Below are positions 44,777 to 54,756 of a DNA stretch of 64,000 nt, one piece after another (the stretch's first letter is position 1; every line of letters begins with the position of its first letter). This DNA comes from a virus. A program made the position numbers and the translations under genes. The notes under the pieces were generated by a model. The model made no database searches. It was not told the origin of the DNA and was given only the letters and a program-made list of their open reading frames with translations. The stretch spans positions 80,303 to 144,302 of IMG/VR virus record IMGVR_UViG_3300024239_000011; one strand, written 5' to 3'.

Positions 44777-45823
44777 TTAGGAATAGAGATCGCTATTGAG
44801 GTACTGATCCAATGTATACGCCGTCACAACACTGATGGCGGCGGCGGCGGGTACTGCCACAAAGACCCCAACAAATCCGAACAGTGTAGCGCCTGCCAAC
44901 ACCGCGAAGATCACCATAACCGGGTGAATCCCAATGCTTTCCCCAATCAGTTTTGGGACGAGTACACCACTTTCAACGACATGAACCACCGCAAACACCG
45001 CACCAACAATGGCAAGATGGTACACGTCGTGGAATTGAAGGAACGCGAGGATTAATGCAACCGATACGCCCCCAATCATGGCGACATACGGAATGAATGC
45101 GAAAATACCGGTCAGCATCCCGACAATCAGCCCGAAATCAAGACCGACTAACCACAACCCAACACCATAACCGACCGCAAGGCACGCACAAACCATACCC
45201 TGACCACGGAAGTATGCAGATAGCTTTCCATCAATTTTGGTGGTGATGTGATCAAATGCGGGTTTCACCGACCGAGGGAGATGGAGATGAACCCATTCGA
45301 TCAGTTTTGGCCAATCCTTGACCATGTAATAGGCGACGATTGGGGTTAACGCCAAAAGGGCGAAGAGATGAATTGCCCCAAGGCTTCCTGTGATCATATG
45401 GGATGCAATCGCCCCGGCTTTCTCAAATGCCGCGCTTCCATGTGCCGCTAACGTTTCCTTGAGTTGGGCGATTTGATCATCACTCATATATTGTTTTAAG
45501 TACGGCATGAGTTCGCTCGTGCGTGTATTGAGCGCCATTTTCATGTCAGGGATGCGCTGAATAAGGTTGGTGATTTGATGCCAGATCAGCGGACCCACAC
45601 CAAGTCCAATCATTCCAATAAGCAGGAAGAAAGAACCGACTACGCCACCGGCAGCAACAGATCGCGATACCCCGCGTCGATCCAGTTTTTCAACGAGGGG
45701 ATCAACCAGATACGCAATCACAGCGCCAATCACAAACGGTGCCAGGATAGAAGAAAGGTAGTGGATCAAGACACCAGCGGTGACAATCACCGCCAGCCAA
45801 ACAATAGTTTTTTTCGACATCAT
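44777..45823 (-). CDS. AI-2E family transporter (PerM/YdiK-like membrane protein)
   Basis: 8-TM profile and AI-2E-like N-terminus; my recall of the family. Confidence 0.75.
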   Translation of the reverse strand: MMSKKTIVWLAVIVTAGVLIHYLSSILAPFVIGAVIAYLVDPLVEKLDRRGVSRSVAAGGVVGSFFLLIGMIGLGVGPLIWHQITNLIQRIPDMKMALNTRTSELMPYLKQYMSDDQIAQLKETLAAHGSAAFEKAGAIASHMITGSLGAIHLFALLALTPIVAYYMVKDWPKLIEWVHLHLPRSVKPAFDHITTKIDGKLSAYFRGQGMVCACLAVGYGVGLWLVGLDFGLIVGMLTGIFAFIPYVAMIGGVSVALILAFLQFHDVYHLAIVGAVFAVVHVVESGVLVPKLIGESIGIHPVMVIFAVLAGATLFGFVGVFVAVPAAAAISVVTAYTLDQYLNSDLYS

Positions 45824-46218
45824 GGCACCGTCACTTCGAAGTTGATTGTGATGGTAAACGGGAGCGACTGCTTTTCACCGAATACCTCGATGATCTGCAT
45901 ACCCATCGGTATGTTTTTAACGATAAATGCTTCCATTTCTTCGTAGGTCATAAATCCTTCCACAAAATGTCGTGGTGCGCGTTTCGCAACGGATTTCATA
46001 CCAACCGCAATCCATGGAAATTCATTAAAGATCGCCATTTTTTCCCCAAGAGTGAATGCAAGCTGGGGATCGATGAACGGGTATTTGTTTTCCATGTCAT
46101 TAAGACGTTGCTGAATTTGTACCAGATCATAGCAATGGGCATGCATCATGCCGTTTTCGGACATATGTACATACCCACCGTTAATTGGCTGATTGCAATG
46201 AACACACGACACCGGCAC
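45820..46218 (-). CDS. hypothetical protein
   Basis: ATGA overlap with downstream transporter gene. Confidence 0.5.
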   Translation of the reverse strand: MPVSCVHCNQPINGGYVHMSENGMMHAHCYDLVQIQQRLNDMENKYPFIDPQLAFTLGEKMAIFNEFPWIAVGMKSVAKRAPRHFVEGFMTYEEMEAFIVKNIPMGMQIIEVFGEKQSLPFTITINFEVTVP

Positions 46219-46267
46219 ACCTCCATTTGTTATGCGAAGTGTACTAATCGGAAATGCGTTCGTCCAG

Positions 46268-46642
46268 TTAAACCGCGTGGTCGAGTTCTGGTTTCACCAG
46301 AAATTCAATACGAATACCACCGGACCCGGCAACGATCTTGTAATCGTTTGCCAACCCAGACTGATGTAGATGCATTAGCTTGGTTAGGGCGACATCATCA
46401 TCTAGATTTATGACGCCTTCACGGGTTGCGTCGTCGTAATAGATGGAATTGCGGTCGTAAGAATCGAAGGGTAATCCAATTCGCCGGGCTGCTGCGATGA
46501 TCAGTTTGGTGATCTTTTGCTCACGCTCTATGCGTCGATCCTGTTCTTCCGCTTCTGGATCAGGAGCGTCAATATCATCAGGGCTAAACACATCTTGTTC
46601 GTTTAACCCGGCGAGGTGGCGAAGTCTGCGTATGTCTTCCAT
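46268..46642 (-). CDS. hypothetical protein
   Basis: 124-aa ORF. Confidence 0.45.
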   Translation of the reverse strand: MEDIRRLRHLAGLNEQDVFSPDDIDAPDPEAEEQDRRIEREQKITKLIIAAARRIGLPFDSYDRNSIYYDDATREGVINLDDDVALTKLMHLHQSGLANDYKIVAGSGGIRIEFLVKPELDHAV

Positions 46643-46718
46643 GTATCTATTTAGTTATAAGCTTGGAAAAATTGTGTCATAAAAGGAAAGTGAAGTATAA
46701 TGTTTTTGGAGACAAACC

Positions 46719-47075
46719 ATGCATACTTCTTATTTTGCCAATTTGAAAAATGTCAAAAATCCTTTATCAATTAGTGGTAAAGCACCGGAATGGTACACGG
46801 GACCGCAGTTTAAGATTTTGTCTCCCAAATATAGGTTCTTTCGAGACTATAAAGATGGCAACATAGATCAGCTTGGTTATACTGAGCAGTTCCTTGATCA
46901 AGTGCTGAAACCACTTGACCCACAAAGTACCTATGATTATCTGATCACCACTTATGGTGAAGACGTGACCCTTCTGTGCTACGAAAAACCGGGTGATTTC
47001 TGCCACCGGCATATCGTTGCATTGTGGTTTGAAATGAACCTGGGCGTGAAGGTATCTGAAATTCCGCGTCCTTAA
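46719..47075 (+). CDS. DUF488-family protein
   Basis: CYEKPGDFCHRHIVALWF. Confidence 0.6.
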   Translation: MHTSYFANLKNVKNPLSISGKAPEWYTGPQFKILSPKYRFFRDYKDGNIDQLGYTEQFLDQVLKPLDPQSTYDYLITTYGEDVTLLCYEKPGDFCHRHIVALWFEMNLGVKVSEIPRP

Positions 47076-47464
47076 TCGTGCAAGGATGGAACAAACTCTT
47101 CGATTTTTTCACGGAGGGATGACGTATCAAATGGCTTGATAACATAGCCAGATACACCAGCTTGCATAGCTGCCTCGACCGCATCCGTATGCGTTTCTGC
47201 CGTAATGATGATATATGGAATTTTGCGCAGATCGCGGTTCCCCCGAACCCGTGATAGCAATTCCAAACCATTCATCGGAAGCATATGAAAATCAGAAATA
47301 ATCAAACCAAATGGACCTTCTTTTTGAAGAATGTCCATTGCGGAATATCCATCCGCAGCTTCATAGATGTGCTGGAAACCAATTTCGTTTAACGTCATTT
47401 CAATGATGCGCCGCATGGTATTATAGTCGTCAACGACGAGAATTTTCATATCTTGCGACTGCAT
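47072..47464 (-). CDS. CheY-like single-domain response regulator
   Basis: MKILVVDD, ISDFHMLPMNGLELL, KIPYIIITA; AGGAG RBS before MQSQDM. Confidence 0.75.
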   Translation of the reverse strand: MQSQDMKILVVDDYNTMRRIIEMTLNEIGFQHIYEAADGYSAMDILQKEGPFGLIISDFHMLPMNGLELLSRVRGNRDLRKIPYIIITAETHTDAVEAAMQAGVSGYVIKPFDTSSLREKIEEFVPSLHD

Positions 47465-47536
47465 GATGGCTCTCCTAGGCACAGGGATATTTAGAGCCAT
47501 ATTTGGATGAGTTAACACCTACGTAGACTTCATAGG

Positions 47537-47737
47537 TTAGATCGAAAACTTGTAAGAAGTACAATAGGTTAAGCTAAGAATGTTTACCATATATCCAGTA
47601 ACACCAGCTTTCTTTGCTAATAGTACATTTCCGAGGCTGGCGTCCGAGTTGATCATGATAAAAGGTATGTTCTGATAATGCCCAGCATCACCAGCACGAA
47701 TGGCTTGAAGCAATAGAAAACCACTCATTGGTTCCAT
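47537..47737 (-). pseudogene. truncated receiver-domain fragment (C-terminal half only)
   Basis: aligns to alpha3-beta5 of the adjacent CheY-like protein; no phospho-acceptor half. Confidence 0.4.
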
Positions 47738-47750
47738 GGAACATAGTAGT

Positions 47751-47784
47751 GTCTTTTCTCCGGTGTATTTACCGGAGAAAAGAC
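47751..47784. terminator. perfect 14-bp hairpin
   Basis: GTCTTTTCTCCGGT-gtattt-ACCGGAGAAAAGAC. Confidence 0.6.
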
Positions 47785-47807
47785 ACCTAATAACCCTAGG
47801 GTTATTT

Positions 47808-48359
47808 TTACATGATGCCGTTTGCTCGCAGTACCGGACGTAGAATATTCATTGACCGGGTATACCGGTCAGCAATCCCTTGCTTGTCCGGGGGCAACTG
47901 CGCTATGCGCTCGGGATCACGGTTGTCCTCGTTATCGCAGTATTTCACCTCGATTACGTCGAGGTTGCCTTCATCCACCATCTTGCGGATTTTCTGAATA
48001 TAGGTCAGCCCGTCATTAGGGTCACGGGTCATACCAATCACACCGATGATGACGCTCTCGGTGAAGCCCCAGGCACGCAGATCGTCCGGGGTGATCGGAT
48101 CGGGGCGCCCAAGCGCCAGATCGACCATTTCCACTGTGTCTTCGATCACGTCATGCATGAGGGCAATTTTCTTCTTGCGATCAGTCGGCTTCTTCAGCCG
48201 ATTCATCACACTGACCGGGTGGTGCCAGTAGGCGAAACCACCCTTATCAACCTGTCCTTCATGAACGATCTTGATGATCTCGGTGGTCTGGGCGACCGAA
48301 GGTTCCTGACCATTGATATCCGCGATCAACGCGGCGATACGCTGTTTCTTGCTCGGCAT
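47808..48359 (-). CDS. HD-domain protein resembling the SpoT/RelA (p)ppGpp hydrolase domain
   Basis: YWHHPVSV ... MHDVIEDT. Confidence 0.65.
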   Translation of the reverse strand: MPSKKQRIAALIADINGQEPSVAQTTEIIKIVHEGQVDKGGFAYWHHPVSVMNRLKKPTDRKKKIALMHDVIEDTVEMVDLALGRPDPITPDDLRAWGFTESVIIGVIGMTRDPNDGLTYIQKIRKMVDEGNLDVIEVKYCDNEDNRDPERIAQLPPDKQGIADRYTRSMNILRPVLRANGIM

Positions 48360-48424
48360 TCCTGTTTCTCTCTTCTTTTTCAGGATGGAGAGTAACAAGA
48401 ATGCCATTACAAGTCAAGATCGCG

Positions 48425-48952
48425 TTATTTCTTCGTCTTGCGGTCGAAGATCGAACAGAAACTCTCTTTCTTTTCACCATAATAGGTCTGTGCCAACCCC
48501 TCACTGATCAAGGTTTCAGCAAGGTCGTTCCCGTTGACCAGAACTTTCGCATCAAATCTCCCACCGAATTTATCCCAGTGATATGGGATGATTACGATGT
48601 CGTTCGTAGGATTGGTGATGAGGTTCGTCACCCGTTCCATGGATTTTTTGGAAAGTTCTTTCTCGGCGTCACATTCCGCGCGATTACCTTTTTCGGCAGT
48701 ATTCGCTCCCAGTACACGCACCAGCCATTTGCGCAAAACGACCGGGTAATTGTCATCGGTCAACTGGAAGTCAACGCGAATAGTGTCGCTATCGACAACT
48801 TCAAGAATTTTCCATTGATGCTTTCCCACCACTGGCTGAATGCTGGCAGTGAAATGCTGAAGTTCGGCATCTTTGTTTTTAGGTTGCTTCGCAGTAACCG
48901 GCGAAGCAACCATCATTGCCAAAAAGACCGTGGCGAGAATACGGCAGACCAT
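48425..48952 (-). CDS. secreted thermonuclease (SNase-like)
   Basis: signal peptide; EVVDSDTIRV...VRVLGANTAE...AE.EL SNase pattern. Confidence 0.7.
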   Translation of the reverse strand: MVCRILATVFLAMMVASPVTAKQPKNKDAELQHFTASIQPVVGKHQWKILEVVDSDTIRVDFQLTDDNYPVVLRKWLVRVLGANTAEKGNRAECDAEKELSKKSMERVTNLITNPTNDIVIIPYHWDKFGGRFDAKVLVNGNDLAETLISEGLAQTYYGEKKESFCSIFDRKTKK

Positions 48953-48971
48953 AGATTAACCTCTTGCGCGT

Positions 48972-50072
48972 TTAGGCGAAAATACCCGCTTCTTGGAGCA
49001 TTTTCCAGCCCAAATCCAATTCCGATTTCGACCCGGCAACGAACACCACATTCTCGCTGCGGGCGCTGAATTCGAAGGGGTCGCCGTTCGCGGGAACCGC
49101 GAGGTTCCGGCGTTCGCTATTGGGAACGGGCACCGTGGCGACGACTTCGGCGGTCGTCCCATCATTGAAAATGACCCAGCTACCCGGCGCCAGCGTGCCG
49201 ATGTCGGCGGCGAACACCCGCGTGGCTTCGGGAAGCGTGGGTGAATAGTAGCCGCCGTACTTCCACGACATGCGCTTGCGGTACCACGATGCGTGACGAC
49301 CATCCCAGGTATCGGCGCCAATGATGATGGCATTGCAACCACGGCGATGAACCCGATCCGGATGTTCACCGGGCTTGGCGCCCAGGTAGTCGTATTGATG
49401 GGTCTGGCGCATCGAGAACGCGACTAGAACGCGCAATTCATCCATGCTGTATTGGCTTGCGGGTGACTGGACGAAGACCACGCTTTTGTAGTCGAAACGC
49501 CCTTCCGACTGGTTCGGGCGATCATCGCCCCAAATCATCGCCCCAGCGAACGAGCAGATACCGAAACCGGTGCCGCTGTCTTCGCTCAACCATTCGAGGG
49601 CGAGGATCAATTGATCCCGTGTCATCGTCATGGGATTGAGCCGGGTGATGGTGGTCGTGGGGGTTTCCACGAAGCCCGACTCGCGGGTCTTCCGGTCGCA
49701 TCGCTGCGTCTCGTACTTGAACCCATCGCCGTTCCAGTACCCGGCGGTGAGGATTTGCAGCATCACCCCATCATGCTCGATGAAGTCGCCGCAATGCAAG
49801 GTCGGTACCAGTTTGCCCTTGTGGGCGTTCCAGGCAGCCATGACCTTCGCCGCCTCGACCAGGGCAGCGGTATTGTCCGGGGCGATTTCGTGCCCCTGGA
49901 ACCGGACGACGTATTTGGGACCATTGGTCCGGTACGACTCTTCCAGTTTGTACCCATAGGGGTACAACGCCGCCATTTCCTTGGTGGACGCCGGGCGATC
50001 ATCCCGCACAACGTGATCGTCATCATCCCACACCCGGACATTACCATAGGAATCCATGAAGGCACGAAACAT
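48972..50072 (-). CDS. hypothetical protein
   Basis: GAGGTGA RBS before internal ATG; no recognised domain. Confidence 0.5.
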   Translation of the reverse strand: MFRAFMDSYGNVRVWDDDDHVVRDDRPASTKEMAALYPYGYKLEESYRTNGPKYVVRFQGHEIAPDNTAALVEAAKVMAAWNAHKGKLVPTLHCGDFIEHDGVMLQILTAGYWNGDGFKYETQRCDRKTRESGFVETPTTTITRLNPMTMTRDQLILALEWLSEDSGTGFGICSFAGAMIWGDDRPNQSEGRFDYKSVVFVQSPASQYSMDELRVLVAFSMRQTHQYDYLGAKPGEHPDRVHRRGCNAIIIGADTWDGRHASWYRKRMSWKYGGYYSPTLPEATRVFAADIGTLAPGSWVIFNDGTTAEVVATVPVPNSERRNLAVPANGDPFEFSARSENVVFVAGSKSELDLGWKMLQEAGIFA

Positions 50073-50076
50073 GTCG

Positions 50077-50430
50077 TCACCTCTTACCAAAGGGAAAAAC
50101 AACGACATTATCCCCGCCGACCTTAACTCTGTCAGGCATTGGGTTCGGGTGAGGGATTTGCAGCGTTGTCACTTCATTCAACCAATGGCTAATTGCCGAA
50201 TGCGGATGCGTGGACATGAATTGCCGGAATGTTGAACGTACCGCAACATCAAAATCCTCAAACGACCCATCCGACTTGTTGACTTTCATGATTCGAAAAT
50301 CGTCAAGGAAGCGTTCCTTGCTTTCAGCCATTGCCATCGGATCACCCGCGCAACGCTTGATGCATGCATCCCCGAAAATCATTAGCCCGAACATAGCGTC
50401 GGTAATCATCGGCACCTCCATTTTCACCAA
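50077..50430 (-). CDS. hypothetical protein
   Basis: 117-aa ORF immediately upstream. Confidence 0.4.
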   Translation of the reverse strand: MVKMEVPMITDAMFGLMIFGDACIKRCAGDPMAMAESKERFLDDFRIMKVNKSDGSFEDFDVAVRSTFRQFMSTHPHSAISHWLNEVTTLQIPHPNPMPDRVKVGGDNVVVFPFGKR

Positions 50431-50487
50431 CTATACCACCCACGGCTGTATAGTCAATACCGATAAATACAGAAAACGTTTTTCAAG

Positions 50488-50709
50488 GTGGTATTGATGG
50501 CATTACGTGATAAGCAGCAAATTGAAGTCGAAGGCTGTATCGCTTCTATTCGCGAAACTGCGACCGCACTCACTCAGTTTGAGAGCGATAATAAAGATAC
50601 AGCCCTTTTGGCCGAGCAACTTGGTGACACCCTGAATAAACTGGCTGCGGTGGTAAATATACTCTACCGGGAAGTTCTAACGGTGGGGAATACTATTTAC
50701 GATGTCTAA
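50488..50709 (+). CDS. hypothetical protein
   Basis: 73-aa ORF. Confidence 0.4.
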   Translation: MVLMALRDKQQIEVEGCIASIRETATALTQFESDNKDTALLAEQLGDTLNKLAAVVNILYREVLTVGNTIYDV

Positions 50710-51076
50710 AAAACTCAGCGAAGAAATCCGTGAATATGTAGAAACATTAGGAATGATCACGGAGGGTGAATATATCCCCAATCGTCCACGCACCCTTCAA
50801 GTCAACATGGATCACTGGGATGCGTTCCCACGCATGATGATCCGATGGCACAATCCATTTGGACCGACCCCGGCTGTTTTCGATAAGGGAATTTTGAATT
50901 TTTATGACGAACAGTCGTATGAAGACGCCAAGAAAAAACTTCAAACCCTTGGCATTTCCTTTGATGAACTTGATGACGGAATGACGACACATAAAGACAA
51001 AGAACTTCGGCATGATACGGCTGGACAATTGTCACCGTATCCGAGCAATCGTGACATCTTCGATCATGAGTTCTGA
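50702..51076 (+). CDS. hypothetical protein
   Basis: overlapping start with upstream ORF. Confidence 0.45.
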   Translation: MSKKLSEEIREYVETLGMITEGEYIPNRPRTLQVNMDHWDAFPRMMIRWHNPFGPTPAVFDKGILNFYDEQSYEDAKKKLQTLGISFDELDDGMTTHKDKELRHDTAGQLSPYPSNRDIFDHEF

Positions 51077-51276
51077 AAGTGCTCACGAATGCGCGTCAGG
51101 AAATTAATCGCCTGCTCATACCCATAGGCGTGGATGCCGGTATGACCTTTAGTGTTGTTGTCATCAAACAGCGCCAGGAAATCGCGATTGGTTGCTGACC
51201 AATCGATGTCGATAACGCGCTTGCGACAGCCGATTTTGAACCGCCCAAAGTCAGGGATATTTATCAAAATCGCCAA
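51064..51276 (-). CDS. hypothetical protein
   Basis: 70-aa ORF. Confidence 0.35.
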   Translation of the reverse strand: MAILINIPDFGRFKIGCRKRVIDIDWSATNRDFLALFDDNNTKGHTGIHAYGYEQAINFLTRIREHFQNS

Positions 51277-51279
51277 GGT

Positions 51280-51361
51280 TGGTGGGGACGACGGGACTTG
51301 AACCCGTAAGCCGAAGCGGAGGTTTTTAAGACCTCTGTGTTTGCCCTTTCACCACGTCCCC
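51280..51361 (-). tRNA. tRNA-Leu(TAA)
   Basis: acceptor GGGGACG/CGTCCCC, A73, anticodon arm GAGGT-CTTAAAA-ACCTC, long variable arm, T arm ACGGG-TTCAAGT-CCCGT, CCA. Confidence 0.85.
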
Positions 51362-51367
51362 GTTACC

Positions 51368-51598
51368 CTATTCTTCACGCGCTCTGATCGGCGTGATAGT
51401 TACTTTTACCGCAATAACCTCGATCCCGTCAAAATTTTCCTTCATCGGGATGGCATCTTCTACTGCATCTTCTCGCAAATCATACACCAGAGATTCGCTG
51501 ATACGATGATCCCACCCCGTCATTCCGTTTGCCGAGTAATATCGAAATTTTCGTTTATCGAGTTTCTGACGGATAACGTACTTGTTTGACATGTCCAC
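51368..51598 (-). CDS. hypothetical protein
   Basis: 76-aa ORF. Confidence 0.35.
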   Translation of the reverse strand: MDMSNKYVIRQKLDKRKFRYYSANGMTGWDHRISESLVYDLREDAVEDAIPMKENFDGIEVIAVKVTITPIRAREE

Positions 51599-51635
51599 AC
51601 CTCATTATGTGTGGATATTTATGTCAAACTATTAC

Positions 51636-51884
51636 TCAGGGTTCCTGATGTAGCCAGATACGCACCCGATCAACGGTTTGCTCTACAAAGCGCGGATCAG
51701 TTTCGATTTTTTGTCGAAGATACGTCTGAAACACCCGGACAGACGGTTTATCTTCACTGTGATCGGGGATGTGAAGTTTCGGGATCACTGAGGGCGGTTC
51801 CGGGGTGGGATTTGATGTTTCGGGGGCTACCTTGATGGCATGTTGTACCGCCCGTTGGATCAACCACTCTTTGATTCGCTTCAT
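51636..51884 (-). CDS. hypothetical protein
   Basis: 82-aa ORF. Confidence 0.35.
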   Translation of the reverse strand: MKRIKEWLIQRAVQHAIKVAPETSNPTPEPPSVIPKLHIPDHSEDKPSVRVFQTYLRQKIETDPRFVEQTVDRVRIWLHQEP

Positions 51885-52021
51885 CGTTACCCCAAGAATG
51901 CTCGGATTTTAGGAGAGTATTATGGGAACCTATGCGGTTGTCAAAAAGTTTCGCACGTCCCGAGGCAGTTGGTAGACGTGTTTTGCTAAATACGCATGTC
52001 CCTCTTCCAATCAGGTGGAAC

Positions 52022-52534
52022 ATGCGCAAATCAAAGTACACAAAAGAACTTCTTGAACAACACGTTGCAACGGCAATTTCATACTCGACATTGATCCAGT
52101 CATTTGGGTTAAAACCAACCGGCGGGACGTATGTTTACTTTCAAAAACTGGTACGCCAGCACGAAATCAACGTCGATCATTTTAAAGGTATGGGATGGGC
52201 GAAGGATTTAACCAAAGATAATAATACGACGATCAAAAGAATAGCTGAGCGCAATTCTTATACTGACGAGCAGGTACTTTGTGATAAATCCCCGGCGTCG
52301 ATCCGCCCAACCCGTCTCCGTGATCTGATGATCAAGAACGGCATCCCCTATGTTTGCTCAGAGAGCGACTGTGATGTTGGGGCGGAATGGAAAGGGAAAC
52401 CGATCACCCTTCATATCGACCACGTGAACGGCATAAGCAATGATAACCGCCTAGAGAATTTGCGGTTCCTTTGCCCAAATTGCCACCAACAAACACCAAC
52501 ATGGGGTCGGCACAAAGAAAAAGAGCCGGGGTGA
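52022..52534 (+). CDS. HNH homing endonuclease (tRNA-adjacent family)
   Basis: HIDHVNGISNDNRLENLRFLCPNCH; AGGTGG RBS before internal ATG. Confidence 0.75.
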   Translation: MRKSKYTKELLEQHVATAISYSTLIQSFGLKPTGGTYVYFQKLVRQHEINVDHFKGMGWAKDLTKDNNTTIKRIAERNSYTDEQVLCDKSPASIRPTRLRDLMIKNGIPYVCSESDCDVGAEWKGKPITLHIDHVNGISNDNRLENLRFLCPNCHQQTPTWGRHKEKEPG

Positions 52535-52569
52535 GGTACCCCGACTCCACATACCCATTAAGGGAAACT

Positions 52570-52656
52570 TGGTGCGGATGACTGGACTCGAACCAGCACG
52601 GGTGTTACCCCACATCCACCTCAAAGATGCGCGGATACCAATTTCGCCACATCCGC
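52570..52656 (-). tRNA. tRNA-Leu(GAG)
   Basis: acceptor GCGGATG/CATCCGC, A73, anticodon arm CATCT-TTGAGGT-GGATG, long variable arm, T arm CTGG-TTCGAGT-CCAG. Confidence 0.85.
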
Positions 52657-52714
52657 ATACACACCTATTTATATTTTTCGTGCTTGGTAGTCAACATATT
52701 TCTTCAAGATTTTA

Positions 52715-53089
52715 TCAAGCAATGAAACCATGTCGCCAATCCGTACTGATGGGTTGGGCAGCACGTACATGTATCTCAGCCATCACTTCGTCAAATGAAT
52801 GATGTCGCTCGGGGAACATATCACCTGCATGACAGCGACGAGCAGCTTCTTGGTCGTATGCGGTACGTCGATCATCCGCCACCCACACCATGGCATAACT
52901 CTCAGTGTCGCCCGGACCCACATAGACCTGTAAGTTGACAATTTCACCGGTTTCCGGATGAAATACGACATCAACCCGCTGGCTGAAATTGGTAATCAGA
53001 CAGTCCTTGAGGCAATCCCAGCCGTGGAATTGCGTTCCTTCGGTAAGTCGATACCCGAGTATATGCATCAGATCATTGATGTGCATCAT
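52715..53089 (-). CDS. hypothetical protein
   Basis: 124-aa ORF. Confidence 0.4.
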   Translation of the reverse strand: MMHINDLMHILGYRLTEGTQFHGWDCLKDCLITNFSQRVDVVFHPETGEIVNLQVYVGPGDTESYAMVWVADDRRTAYDQEAARRCHAGDMFPERHHSFDEVMAEIHVRAAQPISTDWRHGFIA

Positions 53090-53391
53090 TCGTCCCCGAG
53101 GGTAATCATCGCGACGGTTTCGATACGTGAGGTTTTTCCACTTTGATAGGTTTCTGACGCGGAAAGACCAACAACGTTTTTACATCCATCGTTATTTTTT
53201 ACAAGAAAGTAAACACGATCTTCGGTTCCATCTTTGTATTTTACTTGCTTGACCATTAGAGGGCAGCCATTGATGGTAGCAACCGCCACCGCATTTCCAG
53301 TGACAAATGCCTGTTGGTTGGCATCGTCAGAGAATTTCTCACATCCAGACAGCGCCAATACGACACCGCCAACCATCAAAATTTTACGCAT
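53086..53391 (-). CDS. small lipoprotein
   Basis: signal peptide with LSGC lipobox. Confidence 0.5.
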   Translation of the reverse strand: MRKILMVGGVVLALSGCEKFSDDANQQAFVTGNAVAVATINGCPLMVKQVKYKDGTEDRVYFLVKNNDGCKNVVGLSASETYQSGKTSRIETVAMITLGDE

Positions 53392-53432
53392 GGGACAACC
53401 CTCCGTTTAGGGTTGGATATACCAGTCCAACC

Positions 53433-53867
53433 CTATACCGCGCAACCAACTATTTCATGAATCGCCGCAAGGTAATCCACTTGTTCAGGTTCTTTGATCG
53501 TTGCTACGACCTGAACAAGGCGATAATCACTAACTCGCAGATCAGTGTCCAGCATTCCGGTACCACATGCTGCAAGGCGGAATGGCGCATTCTCTGTAAC
53601 CATCCCTTGAAGAATTTGACCAGCAGGGGTGTCCAACAGCTTGATCTCTGCCATCAGCGCGTTTCCGTCGAAGAATAGGTTCTCTACGGTATGCGATACC
53701 TTGTCCATGCTGATGACTAGCGTTCCTTCTGGGAAACCAAGTTGACCCGTTCGAAATGTCTGGGACATATACTCGGTTATTGCCGCTTGCATCATATCGC
53801 GTGGGTAAATGCGCCCGGTAATGGTCGGGGCATCGCAATCAAGAACTTTTTGGGTAATAATTTTCAT
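53433..53867 (-). CDS. hypothetical protein; C-terminal DYLAAIHEIVG motif shared with 54965..55492
   Basis: 144-aa ORF. Confidence 0.45.
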   Translation of the reverse strand: MKIITQKVLDCDAPTITGRIYPRDMMQAAITEYMSQTFRTGQLGFPEGTLVISMDKVSHTVENLFFDGNALMAEIKLLDTPAGQILQGMVTENAPFRLAACGTGMLDTDLRVSDYRLVQVVATIKEPEQVDYLAAIHEIVGCAV

Positions 53868-53873
53868 GTTTCC

Positions 53874-54197
53874 TCACACGGGCGCATTGCCCTCATAAAA
53901 ACGTTCACGATGACATGCGACCCCTGGTGAAAAGAGATGGTATCTTTTGCCGTTTTTTCCAACTTCGACTCCATAGTCGTAAAACGTCCAGTCCCATCCA
54001 TCTCGCGTGTCGAACGTATAATATGCCTTATTGAGTTGGCATGTCAGGATAGCATATGAATATTTTACTTCAGGTGCCACTTGCTTTTGAGGTTCACATC
54101 CAGCGAGTAACCACATGACACCACTAAGCCACAGAAGTCTCTTCACTTTTCGCCTCCCAATACGTTCCATAACCATGCTGGCGCATATGATCAGCAA
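53874..54197 (-). CDS. lipoprotein
   Basis: LAGC lipobox. Confidence 0.45.
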   Translation of the reverse strand: MLIICASMVMERIGRRKVKRLLWLSGVMWLLAGCEPQKQVAPEVKYSYAILTCQLNKAYYTFDTRDGWDWTFYDYGVEVGKNGKRYHLFSPGVACHRERFYEGNAPV

Positions 54198-54756
54198 GTT
54201 TTTTCATGGATATCTTTGTTGTCCAGTTGACCGGGATCGAGAAACGGTCATCTGACCATTTTTTGCGAACCCAAATTATAGCATCAGTTTCATTCAGGAA
54301 ATCCACCCCGGCATACATGTACGAGTATTCCTCATACTTCCAAAAAGTCTTGATCACTTTTTGTTGGAATTTGAACTGATCGCCTTCCAGTAGCTCGTAA
54401 TCGTTTAGTCCGGTGATCGGCACGAACGACTCATTTCCCACATGGCAGAGGCGGTCAGACCCGATTTCTCGAACCATCATTTCGCCATTGCCTCGGTTCT
54501 CTTCACAGAAACCCACAACCCATTCATTCAAGGGCATGCTTTGACACAGCACCAAATCGCCTTTTTGAGGCGTGCGATAAGTGGCAAAATGGGTACGCCG
54601 ACTGAAGTCAGACGCGAACAGGGTTTCGGTACTTTCCCCGCTCCGTGTCGCTCGCAAGGTCAAGTACAATTGCGTCCCGTACAACCCGCGAATCACGCTA
54701 AGCAGGATGCGTTCACGATCAGTCAATATCGGTGAAACCAACCGCATTAGTGACAA
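54124..54756 (-). CDS. hypothetical protein
   Basis: 210-aa ORF. Confidence 0.45.
   Translation of the reverse strand: MSLMRLVSPILTDRERILLSVIRGLYGTQLYLTLRATRSGESTETLFASDFSRRTHFATYRTPQKGDLVLCQSMPLNEWVVGFCEENRGNGEMMVREIGSDRLCHVGNESFVPITGLNDYELLEGDQFKFQQKVIKTFWKYEEYSYMYAGVDFLNETDAIIWVRKKWSDDRFSIPVNWTTKISMKKLADHMRQHGYGTYWEAKSEETSVA

Noticed and set aside
44374-44799. Plus-strand ORF 44374..44799
   Set aside because: Antisense to two minus-strand genes (the hypothetical 44217..44774 and the start of the AI-2E transporter) in a uniformly minus-strand operon; no RBS.
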